Shown here: positions 28,078 through 39,049 of the stretch, piece after piece | Layout: each line of letters starts with the position of its first letter | Position numbering within the stretch: position 1 is the first letter of the stretch | IMG/VR virus record: IMGVR_UViG_3300020156_000004 | Location: 1-64,000 of that record | Length of the DNA: 64,000 bases | Source: a virus | Reading direction: 5' to 3' (one strand) | Notes under the pieces: model-generated | The model's database searches: none | What the model saw: only the letters and a program-made list of their open reading frames with translations | What the model was told of the DNA's origin: nothing | Program-made: the position numbers and the translations under genes

Positions 28078-29798
28078 AACGTAATCCAGGCTCGGGATAT
28101 GCGGATGCTGTATTTATCCGGGTCTACAAGAACGAAGAGGATTTGGAACCTCAGGGTATACGGATTAAAAGGATTAGGTATACTCACTCGGAGGATGAAG
28201 ATGAGGCATGTGAAATTGAAATAGAGACCGATGATCGAAACCTACCATCACAAATCTTCCTTCAAGAGAAGGCTATATGGACCTTGGTATGGGGTTACTT
28301 AGGGGGTGATGTAAGGAAAAGGAAAGTTATATTGGAGGACGTGAACTGGAAATATGCCAATACTATTACTGCCTCCATTAGGGCTACCGAGCTTGGGGCT
28401 ATTCTTAAGAAACAACATTCAAAGAAGGTATATACTAATACTAACCTTTTGGATGTAGCCCAAGATGCTGCTGAGACCAATGGATTAAACCTGGTATTGG
28501 ACCTCGATCTATTTCCTGAACGTATTAAGGATAAACCCAACTTCATTATTGATGATGTCCAATTGAATGCCAAAGGAACTACCACTCCGGTAAGAGAACC
28601 CCTTAAGCGGGAATTTGAAAGAAAGAGGGTTTTGGAGTCCATGCAAAAAAGGCAAAGACTTACCCAAGCGGAGAAGCAAGCCTTAAGAAAATATAACGCT
28701 ATCAATAAACAATTAGCCCAAGAGATAGCAAAGAGAACCTCCATGACTCCTTTACCTTCTGACCCCGAGGAGGCAAGAAAACTAATATTCGGTAGCCAAA
28801 AGGATAATCCATTTACCGGATTCAAACAATACGAAGCGGTAGCACAGGCGGGTAAAAGTACCAGACAGGTCATAGATGAATTAGCCGCGAAGGAACCAGG
28901 AGGCCCAGTTGTGGTGGAGACTCGGGACGATAAATTGATCGTAAGGAAAAGAAACTTCGGCCTTAAACCCTATAGAACATTCGAGTTCGGTGGAGATACT
29001 TCAGAGCTCCTGGAGTTTACCCCGGAATCCAAAAACAAATCTAATGCCTCAGTAGCCTATGATTATGAGGGTTGGGATAAAACTAATAAGACCTTCCACC
29101 AAGGAACCGCAAATGGAATCACCACCAATCCCGATAATGACCCCGTATTAGGAGCAGCCCTACAATTCAAACAGAACGTAGAAGAACTCAAGAAGCTCGG
29201 AGATAAATCAGTATATGGAATCAAAGACCCTAATGACCCTAAAGGTCCAGTGGGAGTTCCATTCATCAAAGGTCAATTAGCTCAAACCAATCAGAGCATT
29301 TTATTCAGTAGTCCAAATACCCCGATCAATGACAACCCGATGAGGCCTACTCAATTCATTGCTCCGGCCTTAATAAACCTAGACGAAGAAAATAAACATA
29401 TTGATAATCTACTGAATCCTAAAGTTCCTAATCCTGAGGCAACGGATGCGGAGTCTAGTTTCGCGAAAGCGGAGAATCTTAGGAGTCAAGGGGAATTAGA
29501 AAAGAATCCCGCTACTGCAAGGATAATAGGCGACCCAAATATTGAGGTAGGAATGATAATCACGATTATTCATGTGGCAAAGAAACACATGGGTAACTAT
29601 TATGTTTCTAAGGTATCAGAGGAGTTGGATTCAACCGGGGGGTATATAACCACATTGGAAATGTTTAGGCATGGTCATAATATACCTATACCTAATGTAA
29701 CCATCCCAGCCGAAGTTGCCGGTAAACAAAACAACAAACTCTTGGGAGATACCGCATCCGATGGTAAAAAAGTAAAAATCAACGTAGTAAAAAACTAA
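28074..29798 (+). CDS. baseplate hub protein (P2 gpD / Mu gp44-like)
   Basis: 574 aa ORF between the LysM protein and the spike. It carries a central K/E-rich insertion. The call rests on position and size. Confidence 0.55.
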   Translation: MKRNPGSGYADAVFIRVYKNEEDLEPQGIRIKRIRYTHSEDEDEACEIEIETDDRNLPSQIFLQEKAIWTLVWGYLGGDVRKRKVILEDVNWKYANTITASIRATELGAILKKQHSKKVYTNTNLLDVAQDAAETNGLNLVLDLDLFPERIKDKPNFIIDDVQLNAKGTTTPVREPLKREFERKRVLESMQKRQRLTQAEKQALRKYNAINKQLAQEIAKRTSMTPLPSDPEEARKLIFGSQKDNPFTGFKQYEAVAQAGKSTRQVIDELAAKEPGGPVVVETRDDKLIVRKRNFGLKPYRTFEFGGDTSELLEFTPESKNKSNASVAYDYEGWDKTNKTFHQGTANGITTNPDNDPVLGAALQFKQNVEELKKLGDKSVYGIKDPNDPKGPVGVPFIKGQLAQTNQSILFSSPNTPINDNPMRPTQFIAPALINLDEENKHIDNLLNPKVPNPEATDAESSFAKAENLRSQGELEKNPATARIIGDPNIEVGMIITIIHVAKKHMGNYYVSKVSEELDSTGGYITTLEMFRHGHNIPIPNVTIPAEVAGKQNNKLLGDTASDGKKVKINVVKN

Positions 29799-29799
29799 C

Positions 29800-30552
29800 A
29801 TGAGAGGCAATAAAAACCCATTTGTATCTTTCATTAAGGACTTATCTGAGGAAGGTCTTGAGGGAATGGGTAAATTCTATTCCTCTTATAGGGCCTTTGT
29901 TGCAAATAGAGAAGACCCCTTAAGGTTAGGTCGAGTTCAATTAATCATACCCGAGATAACAGGTAATCAGGTATTTCCTATATGGGCTTTTCCCAAAGGT
30001 AATTTCGCCGGACCAGGATATGGAGTTCAATGTATTCCACAACAAAAGGATTTAGTATGGGTAGAATTTGAACACGGGAATCCCAATGTACCAATATGGA
30101 GTCATGGGTATAGAGGTAACGGAGAAGTACCACAAGACGAAGAAGCTAAAGACTACAACAATCATTGGTTCATAACACCCGGAGGACATAAGATATACCT
30201 GAACGACACCTCGCAGTCTATTAAGATAGAGAGGGCGGGTGGGGACATCATAGAAATGAACAGTGAATCTGTATCTATCATTACCAATAAAAAGATTATA
30301 CACGGGGCCAGAGATAATGCCAAATATTCTCATGTGCTGGGTGAAGAACTTAAATCAACCCTAGATGATTTGATAGAGGCGGTGAATAAGATAGGGTCGG
30401 CTCTTCAATTAGATGTTACTGCCTCGGCATCAAGCACCTTCCTAATGAAGGTAAATCTTGCTGCTCAAATGCCTACCGCAATAACCAAAATTAAATCGGC
30501 TATATCGAAGGTTCAGAAAATTTTATCAACCCAAGTTAAACTTGAAAAATAA
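29800..30552 (+). CDS. baseplate spike/assembly protein V (gp5 OB-fold type)
   Basis: LGRVQLIIPEITGNQVFPIWAFP...GVQCIPQQKDLVWVEFEHGNPNVPIW matches the gpV/Mu gp45 OB-fold signature. Confidence 0.75.
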   Translation: MRGNKNPFVSFIKDLSEEGLEGMGKFYSSYRAFVANREDPLRLGRVQLIIPEITGNQVFPIWAFPKGNFAGPGYGVQCIPQQKDLVWVEFEHGNPNVPIWSHGYRGNGEVPQDEEAKDYNNHWFITPGGHKIYLNDTSQSIKIERAGGDIIEMNSESVSIITNKKIIHGARDNAKYSHVLGEELKSTLDDLIEAVNKIGSALQLDVTASASSTFLMKVNLAAQMPTAITKIKSAISKVQKILSTQVKLEK

Positions 30553-30956
30553 TGCCATTCCAACAAGAACCCATAAAGAACTTTATAGGCAGGGGAATGA
30601 CATTCCCGCTTAAATTAAATAAGGGTAGAGTTCAGGTCGACACAGGCTTTGAACTATTGCAAGCCTCCATTACAACTATACTTACCTGGGCATTCGGAAC
30701 CAGATTCTTCCTGAATCAATTTGGTTCACAACTGGAAGAACTTCTGGAAGAACCGAACGATCAGGTATTTGAAGCGGTATTAAGACATTACGTGGTTGAT
30801 GCCTTGGCGGTATGGGAGAGAAGGGTAGACGTGGTTGGATTTGAAATCCTAAGGCCAAGACCCGAGGCTATCCATTTAAGAATCAAATGCCGAGTTAGAA
30901 ACTCTCAAAGTGAGTTCTCTTTTGTATTTCCTTTCTACGACAAAATCATTTATTAA
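30552..30956 (+). CDS. baseplate wedge protein gpW / T4 gp25-like
   Basis: IGRGMTFPLKLNKGRVQVDTGFELLQASITTILTWAFGTRFFLNQFGSQLEELLEEPND matches the GPW_gp25 family pattern. Confidence 0.8.
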   Translation: MPFQQEPIKNFIGRGMTFPLKLNKGRVQVDTGFELLQASITTILTWAFGTRFFLNQFGSQLEELLEEPNDQVFEAVLRHYVVDALAVWERRVDVVGFEILRPRPEAIHLRIKCRVRNSQSEFSFVFPFYDKIIY

Positions 30957-30959
30957 GCC

Positions 30960-32723
30960 ATGAAATTAACCCAATCTTGGATAGGCTGGATTGACCGGAG
31001 CTATGAACAAATCAAGGCCTCTGTACTCAGGAGATTAACCCAGAAAGCCCCGGAGATATCTGACCATAGTGAATCGAACTTACTTATAATCATCCTTTCC
31101 TTCATTGCAGGGATAGCTGAAGGCCTCCACCTCTACATAGACAATATGCGGAGAGAGGCCTACATCGGTGTTGCAAGGCAATTCAAATCGGTAATTCGGT
31201 TATCTAAATTAATAGACTACACCATCAAGGCCAAATGGTATGCTTCGGTAGATTTAGTATTTACCCTTACCGATGCTCAGGGAAATGTAAAAACCTATAA
31301 TGGTGGAAACATATTAATTCCCAAGGGTACCATTGTTCAATCCATTTCGGGAGTAAGGGTAAAGACCCTATTAGATACATACCTCATTGCTAAGAACTCC
31401 TCGGTAATAATCACGGCAGTTCAATATGATGAAGTAGTGAATGAGGACATAGGAACCACAAATGGAAATCCTGGGCAGGCCATTCTGTTATCCGACGACT
31501 ATGTTCACAATTCTCTAACCCTATTTATAGATGGGGAATTTTGGACCCTGTACTCATCCTTTGCTATCATGGGGCCAAATACAAAAGGATTCGTTACCTT
31601 CATAGATGAGGACCTGAAAGCCTATGCTCAATTTGGGGATGGTACAAATGGAAAGATACCTACCTCTGGAAAACAAATCCTAGCCTCATATAAGATCACG
31701 GAAGGAGCTTCAGGAAATCAACCTCCCAATACCTATACTCAGTTGATGTCAGCTATATCCATGCCCGATAACTCCTTACAATTCAGGGTTAGCCATGCCG
31801 GATATGCTTCTGCCGGAACCGACTTTGAAAACATAGAGGACGTTAGAAGGAATGCCCCAAGATCATTAAGAACTCTTGAACGGGCCGTAACCTATCAGGA
31901 TTATAAGGATGTAACCATGCTACAACCCGGAGTAGGTTCAGCAGAGGTAAGATATTGCTGCGGTAAATTCATTGATGTATTCATCGTACCCAAGAGCAAA
32001 GGAACCGCAACATCAGCCCTAACTTCGGTAACTCAGGACACCCTGAATTGTAAGAAGATGATAACCACTCAGGTAAAGGTTCTTCCATCTGGCCTTTCCC
32101 GAGTTTGGATAAAGGCAAAAATCTATGCGAAACCGCTCTTTGATTCCACCCAATGTCTTATTGACGTATTGAATGCCTTGGATGCTGAGCACGGATTCGA
32201 GGCATCGCAAATCAACAAGAACGTGGTAATATCCGATATTGTTACCACAATCGAGTTAGTGAACTCGGTAGACAGGGTGGAATTAGAAGAGGTAAGAATC
32301 GAACCATACGTAAGGAACCTTGACCAATATGTTACCCCTTTAAACATAACCTTTAATTCTATACCCAAATCAGATACCAATGCCCATATAAATTATAAGA
32401 TCGTTTATGTGGGTGGAACATTCCAAATCTATAAGGGCTCATATTTGGTATCAACCATTTCACCGGGCCAATCTTACCAAGACAATTCAGTAGGAATAAC
32501 CCTGAAATCCGGAGCATATTCAAATGGGCAAACCTGGGAGTTCATTGCCTTCCCGGGTTATCCAAAGATATTCCCTGCTACCCTGATTGAGGTTAAAGAC
32601 TATACCTTACCTATGATAGACATTGGCCCAGTAGTAGACCCGGTAATACCCAGAACCATATTCGGGGATATTCAAGTAATTGGACAAACTATTCAAACCT
32701 CTTGCTTACCACCCTGTAATTAA
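30960..32723 (+). CDS. baseplate J-like protein (T4 gp6 / P2 gpJ family)
   Basis: RNAPRSLRTLERAVTYQDYKDVTMLQPGVGSAEV matches the conserved Baseplate_J core. It follows the gpW-like gene. Confidence 0.75.
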   Translation: MKLTQSWIGWIDRSYEQIKASVLRRLTQKAPEISDHSESNLLIIILSFIAGIAEGLHLYIDNMRREAYIGVARQFKSVIRLSKLIDYTIKAKWYASVDLVFTLTDAQGNVKTYNGGNILIPKGTIVQSISGVRVKTLLDTYLIAKNSSVIITAVQYDEVVNEDIGTTNGNPGQAILLSDDYVHNSLTLFIDGEFWTLYSSFAIMGPNTKGFVTFIDEDLKAYAQFGDGTNGKIPTSGKQILASYKITEGASGNQPPNTYTQLMSAISMPDNSLQFRVSHAGYASAGTDFENIEDVRRNAPRSLRTLERAVTYQDYKDVTMLQPGVGSAEVRYCCGKFIDVFIVPKSKGTATSALTSVTQDTLNCKKMITTQVKVLPSGLSRVWIKAKIYAKPLFDSTQCLIDVLNALDAEHGFEASQINKNVVISDIVTTIELVNSVDRVELEEVRIEPYVRNLDQYVTPLNITFNSIPKSDTNAHINYKIVYVGGTFQIYKGSYLVSTISPGQSYQDNSVGITLKSGAYSNGQTWEFIAFPGYPKIFPATLIEVKDYTLPMIDIGPVVDPVIPRTIFGDIQVIGQTIQTSCLPPCN

Positions 32724-32728
32724 TAATC

Positions 32729-34117
32729 ATGGCATTTACATTTAAAGGATTCATTTGGGACCTCTTTATGAAGGGGTCCTACCGTTATAAGGAACTAGAT
32801 ACCAATAAGGACATTAATGGCAAGGGTACTTTTGAAAGGTATATCAATACTATTGAGGATGAGATAGACGAAGAAATATACCCATACATCAGGGACTTCA
32901 TGGACATCTTTGATACCCTGACTGTTGATTCAAAATACCTACCTTACATATCTTACTTCCTGGGTGAACCCCCATCAGCAAACGGAGACACAGACATCTA
33001 TCGAAAAATCCTGGCCTACGCAGTTAGGATTTATAAGATCAAAGGAACCTTGGAATCATACCAACTCCTTTTCAACCTATATGGATTAACGGTAGATATT
33101 GTAGAAGCAATGCCAAGGAAGGGGGCTACCTATGATATGGTTTCGGTTATCTATGATGATAACTGGACTTACGATCAGAACTGTGAACATTGCACCTGTT
33201 ATTATATTTACTACAAACCCATAGATCAGGCTCATAACCAATTAAATGTTGATCTGGCTATACCCCTTGAAATCATAAATCTAATAAACCGGATTGTTTG
33301 CTTTATCCAACCCATCAATGCTAAGCTCTGCGGCATCCATAGGATGATTACCTTTGAAGATACCTTGGAACTTAATATGGAAGATGATGCTAACCTAACC
33401 TTAACCGAAAGAATCCAATATGTAAATCTTTTGGCTCCTCTGGTAGGAACCCCGGTGGCTGAGGATATAATAGATGCTTATGAATTAGGGGCAGGGAACT
33501 GGGACGATGATCTTGACCAGATTCTTTCAGACCTTCAAGATATAGGGGCTGCGAATGCTATTAGATTCTATGTAGCGAACCCGGATGGAAGCGTAACCCT
33601 ATCTGATTGGCTATATGGAGTTCCTATTGCGGACGTTTCTAGTCTATCTAATTTCATTAGAAAATGGTTCACATTAAATTGTGAAGATTCCACACTACAG
33701 GAAGCCGGAGATTACCTATATCCTATTCATCCTGACGGAGATCAATACTTTACTTCTGCTATAAACCCAGATGCCCTGGTATCACAGGTTAGGAGCTTGG
33801 TAGATTTCGATACACTCCTACCTTTGGATGGATGCCCGGCTCCTCAATATCCTATCGGAGTATATGGCTCAGATGATACTACGATAGGAATAGCGGAAGA
33901 TGCAGACCACTTTGCTCAGATATGGAACTCCTATGCACCCAATAAGGAATTTGGTTTTATCGAACATCTATCAGGTTGTAACTTCAGACTTTGGAGACGC
34001 AGTGATGAGGATGATAATTTACCCTCTATGTATCTTAAGGCCAAATTATTGACTACGGGACCGGACGGAGATTTCAATGAGGACTTCACGATTCAACCAG
34101 GCGGTGACTTCTATTAA
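32729..34117 (+). CDS. baseplate/tail protein I-like (P2 gpI position)
   Basis: 462 aa ORF after the gpJ-like gene. The N-terminal region contains YLPYISYFLGEPP. The call rests mostly on position. Confidence 0.5.
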   Translation: MAFTFKGFIWDLFMKGSYRYKELDTNKDINGKGTFERYINTIEDEIDEEIYPYIRDFMDIFDTLTVDSKYLPYISYFLGEPPSANGDTDIYRKILAYAVRIYKIKGTLESYQLLFNLYGLTVDIVEAMPRKGATYDMVSVIYDDNWTYDQNCEHCTCYYIYYKPIDQAHNQLNVDLAIPLEIINLINRIVCFIQPINAKLCGIHRMITFEDTLELNMEDDANLTLTERIQYVNLLAPLVGTPVAEDIIDAYELGAGNWDDDLDQILSDLQDIGAANAIRFYVANPDGSVTLSDWLYGVPIADVSSLSNFIRKWFTLNCEDSTLQEAGDYLYPIHPDGDQYFTSAINPDALVSQVRSLVDFDTLLPLDGCPAPQYPIGVYGSDDTTIGIAEDADHFAQIWNSYAPNKEFGFIEHLSGCNFRLWRRSDEDDNLPSMYLKAKLLTTGPDGDFNEDFTIQPGGDFY

Positions 34118-34130
34118 AAAATAAAACTCC

Positions 34131-34532
34131 ATGATAAGTCTTTTCAAAACAAAAATGAGAGGTAAGGTTACGATTAGAGTGGGAAGGAACGAAAGAATAG
34201 TAATCAACCAAAAAAGAAATACCATTGCTGGACATGCCAAAGAGATAGCAGCAAAGAGATTGATTCAACATGCCAGCTCAGTTATTGATAGGATTAACTT
34301 CTTTCAGGGAGGTACCTTATTGCATAGTGCACCTATAACTGAAACTTCAATTCTTGCTGCTCAACAGGTACAATTGGATGCCAGTGTAGCTGCAGACGCC
34401 TTCAATGGTACCTTTGATAAAGTAGCTTTAGTTGCTACCGGGATTGGTAACTTTGCAGAACTCACTGGACTAAGTGTAACCAAAACCGATGTTGAACCTC
34501 TTTTAATAACCTGGACTGTAAAAGTAATTTAA
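34131..34532 (+). CDS. hypothetical tail-module protein
   Basis: 133 aa ORF. No motif recognised. Confidence 0.45.
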   Translation: MISLFKTKMRGKVTIRVGRNERIVINQKRNTIAGHAKEIAAKRLIQHASSVIDRINFFQGGTLLHSAPITETSILAAQQVQLDASVAADAFNGTFDKVALVATGIGNFAELTGLSVTKTDVEPLLITWTVKVI

Positions 34533-34533
34533 T

Positions 34534-35853
34534 ATGGCACAACTCAGATTGAGAGATTACCAAGAACCCCTTGGAAGCTTTGAACATAACATAATGAATC
34601 TGGGCATGCATAGCCCCGGAAGGTACCGGGGATTTGACACGATTCAAATGACCGGGACATTGTCATTCACGTTAGCCCATAATAAAGGGATAATCTATAA
34701 AGACCCGAATGGAGTAAACAATGGCCCTGCGGGGGTATACGTAACTCCCCAAGGTACAGTTATAATGGAGACAACCTCCTTACCTGGTTTTGCTGTGGAT
34801 TCAAATGCCGGAAATACCTCAGATAGATATGATCTTCTGGTAGCGGAACATCAATACCTAGAAAACCCGGGAGGTAATACTGCGGTATATTCAATCATCA
34901 AAGGGCCAATAGGTTCAACTGCTTTACCCGCATTAGGCAGTCCTTACCAGGTAATACTGGGTATAATAAAGGTAAAGAAACTAGGAATCAACCCATTTGA
35001 ACTCGGAGAGGATAACCTAATAGAATGGATACCCGCTAAATGCCCGGACTCCGGAGACGGCAAAGATGCCCGCCTTGATGAAACCAATGTCTACGAGAAA
35101 CTTCAACAATTCAAGGCTACTGATTGGGCGATGGCAAATGTGGGGGAGCCTTCGGATTGCTACACATTGCCAAACTCTGGAAATTCCCTTCGTATTGGAG
35201 GGACGAACACCGAAGGCTATAGGAAGATGAAAGGCTGGAGGTTTAATGACATTGGCCCTTCACAGGCAGGAACAGAGATCGCAATGTATGTAGATAAGAA
35301 CCTACATCTAATACAAGGTACAATATCCAATGAGGCCATTGCATTAGGGTATAGACCCATCTTCATCCCCTTTATATTAAGGACGGGAACTGTGGATGGC
35401 CTACCCTCTTGCTCCTTTGATAGAAACAAACCGGCCATCATCCGGTTCATAAAGTTCTCTGATACCTGGTTCCTAGAGAGTGTACAAAGATTCGGTGGAG
35501 TAATAGAGGGTACAGATGAGGATGCAAACATACCCGATGATAACTTCAAGATTCATTACTCAGGGTCTTGGTACCTGGGAGATAAACCCGATACAACCGA
35601 TCAATTAGTAACCGTAACCTTTGACCTATTAACCAACCCAGCTTGGAGCCCATTCCCTTCAAATGTTACCGATGCTCTACAAATAAATATCATAGGTAAT
35701 ATCAGGTCAGTGGGAACCGATTGGAATAAGGATAATGATGTAGTATTCGCCATACGTGAAAAATCCCTCACCGGCTTTAAATTGGCCTTGAGGGAAGTTT
35801 CATCAAACGTTCAGAATCTATGGTTTGATTTTATTGTAACGATCAGGGTTTAA
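34534..35853 (+). CDS. hypothetical distal tail protein (receptor-binding candidate)
   Basis: 439 aa ORF. It is the last gene of the structural module, in the usual place of a fibre or receptor-binding gene after gpI. No motif recognised. Confidence 0.4.
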   Translation: MAQLRLRDYQEPLGSFEHNIMNLGMHSPGRYRGFDTIQMTGTLSFTLAHNKGIIYKDPNGVNNGPAGVYVTPQGTVIMETTSLPGFAVDSNAGNTSDRYDLLVAEHQYLENPGGNTAVYSIIKGPIGSTALPALGSPYQVILGIIKVKKLGINPFELGEDNLIEWIPAKCPDSGDGKDARLDETNVYEKLQQFKATDWAMANVGEPSDCYTLPNSGNSLRIGGTNTEGYRKMKGWRFNDIGPSQAGTEIAMYVDKNLHLIQGTISNEAIALGYRPIFIPFILRTGTVDGLPSCSFDRNKPAIIRFIKFSDTWFLESVQRFGGVIEGTDEDANIPDDNFKIHYSGSWYLGDKPDTTDQLVTVTFDLLTNPAWSPFPSNVTDALQINIIGNIRSVGTDWNKDNDVVFAIREKSLTGFKLALREVSSNVQNLWFDFIVTIRV

Positions 35854-36569
35854 TTATTCCTGAACTCCATCTTAGCTAATTTGATGGCAAATTTAATTTC
35901 GTTACAGAGTAGATCATAAAACCGATAAGATTGAGGGCATAGTTTCAAATCAAAATACCGAAGAATAATATCTGCCGGAATTTTGTGAATTGAATCTATG
36001 CCCTTTTTCTTTAGTTTGCGGAGAATGTAAGGGGGCGGGTTCATTTGTAAATCCCATAAGATATAGGCATCGTCTGATAGGGTTTTCCTCATGAAATCTT
36101 TGAGGACTTTCGAGTAATGATCTTTCAGGTCCTCGTCATGATCGGGTAAATCATGGAGGTCAACATCATACTCAAGGATAGATTGTGAGAACTGCACGGT
36201 GTAGGCTTTTCGGAGGATGCGACATTTAAAGCATTTCATGGCATTGATCGTCATACCTAATAAGATGTCCGGAGAATACCTCTTATGGTATTTTTGAAAA
36301 ACAAACAAAATTTTTACATCGAACCATGAAAGGACCTCTTCACGATCAACTCCGAATCGTCGTGAATCAATTTGTGAAGCCAGCTTTCTTTTGAGGGGAG
36401 TAACAGATGTGTAGATTTTGTTGAAGAGCCCTGAGTCATAAGACTCCATTACCTTTAGCCGATTTTCTTCCATAAAACTAATATGGGTTTTGGGTGATGA
36501 ATGAAAAATTAGAATAGGAATCGAATATATAATTATTGGAATCAGATAATCAAATTTATTTTGAACCAA
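35850..36569 (-). CDS. sigma-factor-like transcription regulator (only supported minus-strand gene)
   Basis: DREEVLSWFDVKILFVFQKYHKRYSPDILLGMTINAMKCFKCRILRKAY resembles sigma-70 region 2. The C-terminal ILRKLKKKGIDSIHKIPADIILRYF is HTH-like. The likely true start is MEENRL at 36473, because the first 32 codons are hydrophobic and AT-rich. Confidence 0.4.
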   Translation of the reverse strand: MVQNKFDYLIPIIIYSIPILIFHSSPKTHISFMEENRLKVMESYDSGLFNKIYTSVTPLKRKLASQIDSRRFGVDREEVLSWFDVKILFVFQKYHKRYSPDILLGMTINAMKCFKCRILRKAYTVQFSQSILEYDVDLHDLPDHDEDLKDHYSKVLKDFMRKTLSDDAYILWDLQMNPPPYILRKLKKKGIDSIHKIPADIILRYFDLKLCPQSYRFYDLLCNEIKFAIKLAKMEFRNN

Positions 36570-36632
36570 TAAGGACTTCTATTTAGACGGATATGGACTA
36601 TATTATTAAAATGTGAATAAAGCGGTGGATAA

Positions 36633-38042
36633 ATGGAAAAATTTGAATTTGACCACGAGTTTCAAGAGGTAATTTTACAATACACGGTAACGGATAGGCG
36701 GGGTTATAAGGCCCTTCAATTATATAAGGACACCTACTTCGACTTAATGACCCATGCTGCTGTAGCCTTTGCCTTAAGGAAATATTACAAGAAACACAAG
36801 AGAGTGCCTGACAAACCTTTTCTCAAGGAATTTGTCAGGCATCTTTATCAGAGCCTGTCAAGCTTTCAGAAGTTTACCAAGGATGAAAAGAAAGAGATCA
36901 ATGAGCTCATAGAAAGAATCTACTCAGGGCCTACTCAGGGTGGGGATGAGATCATGGATAAGGTTAGGAAGTTCGCACAGTTTGTAAACTTTAAATCAAA
37001 GCTCGAAACCATAGATGTCCTGGACTATGATAGTTATGACAAGGCAGTAAATGAATTGAAGGCCGCATTAAATATTGGGCGGGAGAGTGAAACCGAATAT
37101 GGTACATTCGTAATTGATGGTATAAAGGATAGAGCTCATAAGAGAGATTTATATAGGCAGATATATGAGACTCCATTTAAACAATTAAACCATCTATTGA
37201 ATGGTGGAGGATTAACCCCACATGCCTTGGTGATGCTGATAGGTGAGGCTAAGAGATTTAAGACGGGATTCCTTTTGAACCTTTGCAAATATTATATGCG
37301 AAGGAAAAAGAAGATCATCTACTTCGACTATGAAAATGCCGAGGAAGCCCTAACCATAAGATCAGAACAATCAATCATAGGGGCCACACAAGATGATATT
37401 GCTGCGGGTGTATTGGATGATAGGCTCCTAAAGTTATTCAGGAAATACAAAAGACTCGGGGCTGAATTGGTTATCAAGAGACTCCCGGCATACACAACCT
37501 CTACTGCGGACTGTCAGGCATATATAGATATGCTAAGAACCGATAAAGGAATTACCTTTGATATTGCCATCTTCGATTACCCAGATATCATGGCCTCCAT
37601 GTCAGGGGAGAAAGAAGAAACCAAAAGAATATCTGAGGTATACCTGGATATAAAAAATTTCCTTGCATACAATAAGATGGAATGTGGTTGGGTTCCATCA
37701 CATACTAAGGCAACACCCCAGGCTCAGAAACATCGAGCAACCCGATATACTCAATATGATATTGCCAAAGCGATAGATAAGATAAGGCACGTTGACCTTG
37801 CGTTAGGCCTACAGGAATCACCCGAAGAAATAGATGCTAACATATTGAGGCTGGAGGTTGTAGAGGTGCGTAATGGTAAGAAAGGAAAAGCCCTATTCTG
37901 GATTGAATGGGATAAACAACGAACCCGTGAATTTGCTAAGGCCGAGATAAAAGATTATAACGATCAGTTCAGAATATCATACGACGAAGAACACGAACAC
38001 AGAGAACCCCCTAAACGAAAACCCAAGAAGGACGATTTGTAA
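36633..38042 (+). CDS. DnaB-like replicative helicase
   Basis: Walker A-like LIGEAKRFKTG and Walker B-like IAIFDYPDIM in a RecA-type C-terminal domain. It sits adjacent to the primase gene. Confidence 0.7.
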   Translation: MEKFEFDHEFQEVILQYTVTDRRGYKALQLYKDTYFDLMTHAAVAFALRKYYKKHKRVPDKPFLKEFVRHLYQSLSSFQKFTKDEKKEINELIERIYSGPTQGGDEIMDKVRKFAQFVNFKSKLETIDVLDYDSYDKAVNELKAALNIGRESETEYGTFVIDGIKDRAHKRDLYRQIYETPFKQLNHLLNGGGLTPHALVMLIGEAKRFKTGFLLNLCKYYMRRKKKIIYFDYENAEEALTIRSEQSIIGATQDDIAAGVLDDRLLKLFRKYKRLGAELVIKRLPAYTTSTADCQAYIDMLRTDKGITFDIAIFDYPDIMASMSGEKEETKRISEVYLDIKNFLAYNKMECGWVPSHTKATPQAQKHRATRYTQYDIAKAIDKIRHVDLALGLQESPEEIDANILRLEVVEVRNGKKGKALFWIEWDKQRTREFAKAEIKDYNDQFRISYDEEHEHREPPKRKPKKDDL

Positions 38043-39049
38043 TGAGGCAATTTAATAAATCCATACAATCAAAACTCTTTAATTACTTTACCCAAAAAAT
38101 CAGGCTCAAACCCTCTACCAAAGGATGGTACCGGGGAGATTGCATATACTGTGATGGTAAATATTCTATGGGTGTACACTTTCATGAAACCCGATTAAAA
38201 TGTTTTAAATGCGGTATAAAGGTAACTGCATTTGAGGCTATCATGGAATTAGAGAACCTGGACAATATTAATCAGGTCAAATCCCTACTGAGCCTTAAGG
38301 ACGACTTTGAACAATTTGAAAGGATAAACCGAATAGAGCCAAGGGATGTTAAACCCATTGCTCTACCCGATGATTACCACTCTATCCTGACTGGGACAAA
38401 TATATTTGCAAAGGGAGCCAGGAATTATTTAAAGAATCGAGGCTTCGATGTAGAAGAATTAGGTATGAGGGGAGTTGGATATTGTGATGATGGCCCATAT
38501 CAAGGTTATATTATCTTCCCCTTTTACAAGAAGGGGGAGTTGGTTTTTTTCCAGGGTAGATATTTTATACCCATAGGACCCAAGATGAAGAACCCACCCG
38601 AAGAAGAATTTGGTATAGGTAAGACCCAGGTAATGTATAATGAGGATGCTCTGTTTATGTATAGGAAGATCAGGGTAGTTGAATCCATAACCAATAGCCT
38701 TACCCTTGGAGACACCTCCATTGCAACCCTAGGAAAAGCTATATCCTCATGGCAATACAATATGATTTTGAAAAGCCCGGTAGAGAGAATCCATATCCTA
38801 CTTGACCCTGATGCCTATATGGAAGCATTGGAATTTGCTATGTCTATCGTCCATTATAAGAAGGTAAAGGTAATCAAATTACCAGAGGATAAGGATGTTA
38901 ATGACATAGGTAAGGGGTCTACTATTATGATAGAGAAGGAAACTCCATATCAAAATTACCAGGACCTTTTCAGAATAAGATTAAACCTAAAAAATGAGGG
39001 ACCCAAGCATTCACCTAACGGAATCAGATTTAATTCTAGTTTTGAATGA
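38042..39049 (+). CDS. DNA primase (zinc finger plus TOPRIM)
   Basis: CIYCDGKYSMGVHFHETRLKCFKCG forms a CxxC...CxxC zinc finger. TOPRIM-like residues are the Glu in VVESITN and the DxD in LLDPDAY. Confidence 0.8.
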   Translation: MRQFNKSIQSKLFNYFTQKIRLKPSTKGWYRGDCIYCDGKYSMGVHFHETRLKCFKCGIKVTAFEAIMELENLDNINQVKSLLSLKDDFEQFERINRIEPRDVKPIALPDDYHSILTGTNIFAKGARNYLKNRGFDVEELGMRGVGYCDDGPYQGYIIFPFYKKGELVFFQGRYFIPIGPKMKNPPEEEFGIGKTQVMYNEDALFMYRKIRVVESITNSLTLGDTSIATLGKAISSWQYNMILKSPVERIHILLDPDAYMEALEFAMSIVHYKKVKVIKLPEDKDVNDIGKGSTIMIEKETPYQNYQDLFRIRLNLKNEGPKHSPNGIRFNSSFE

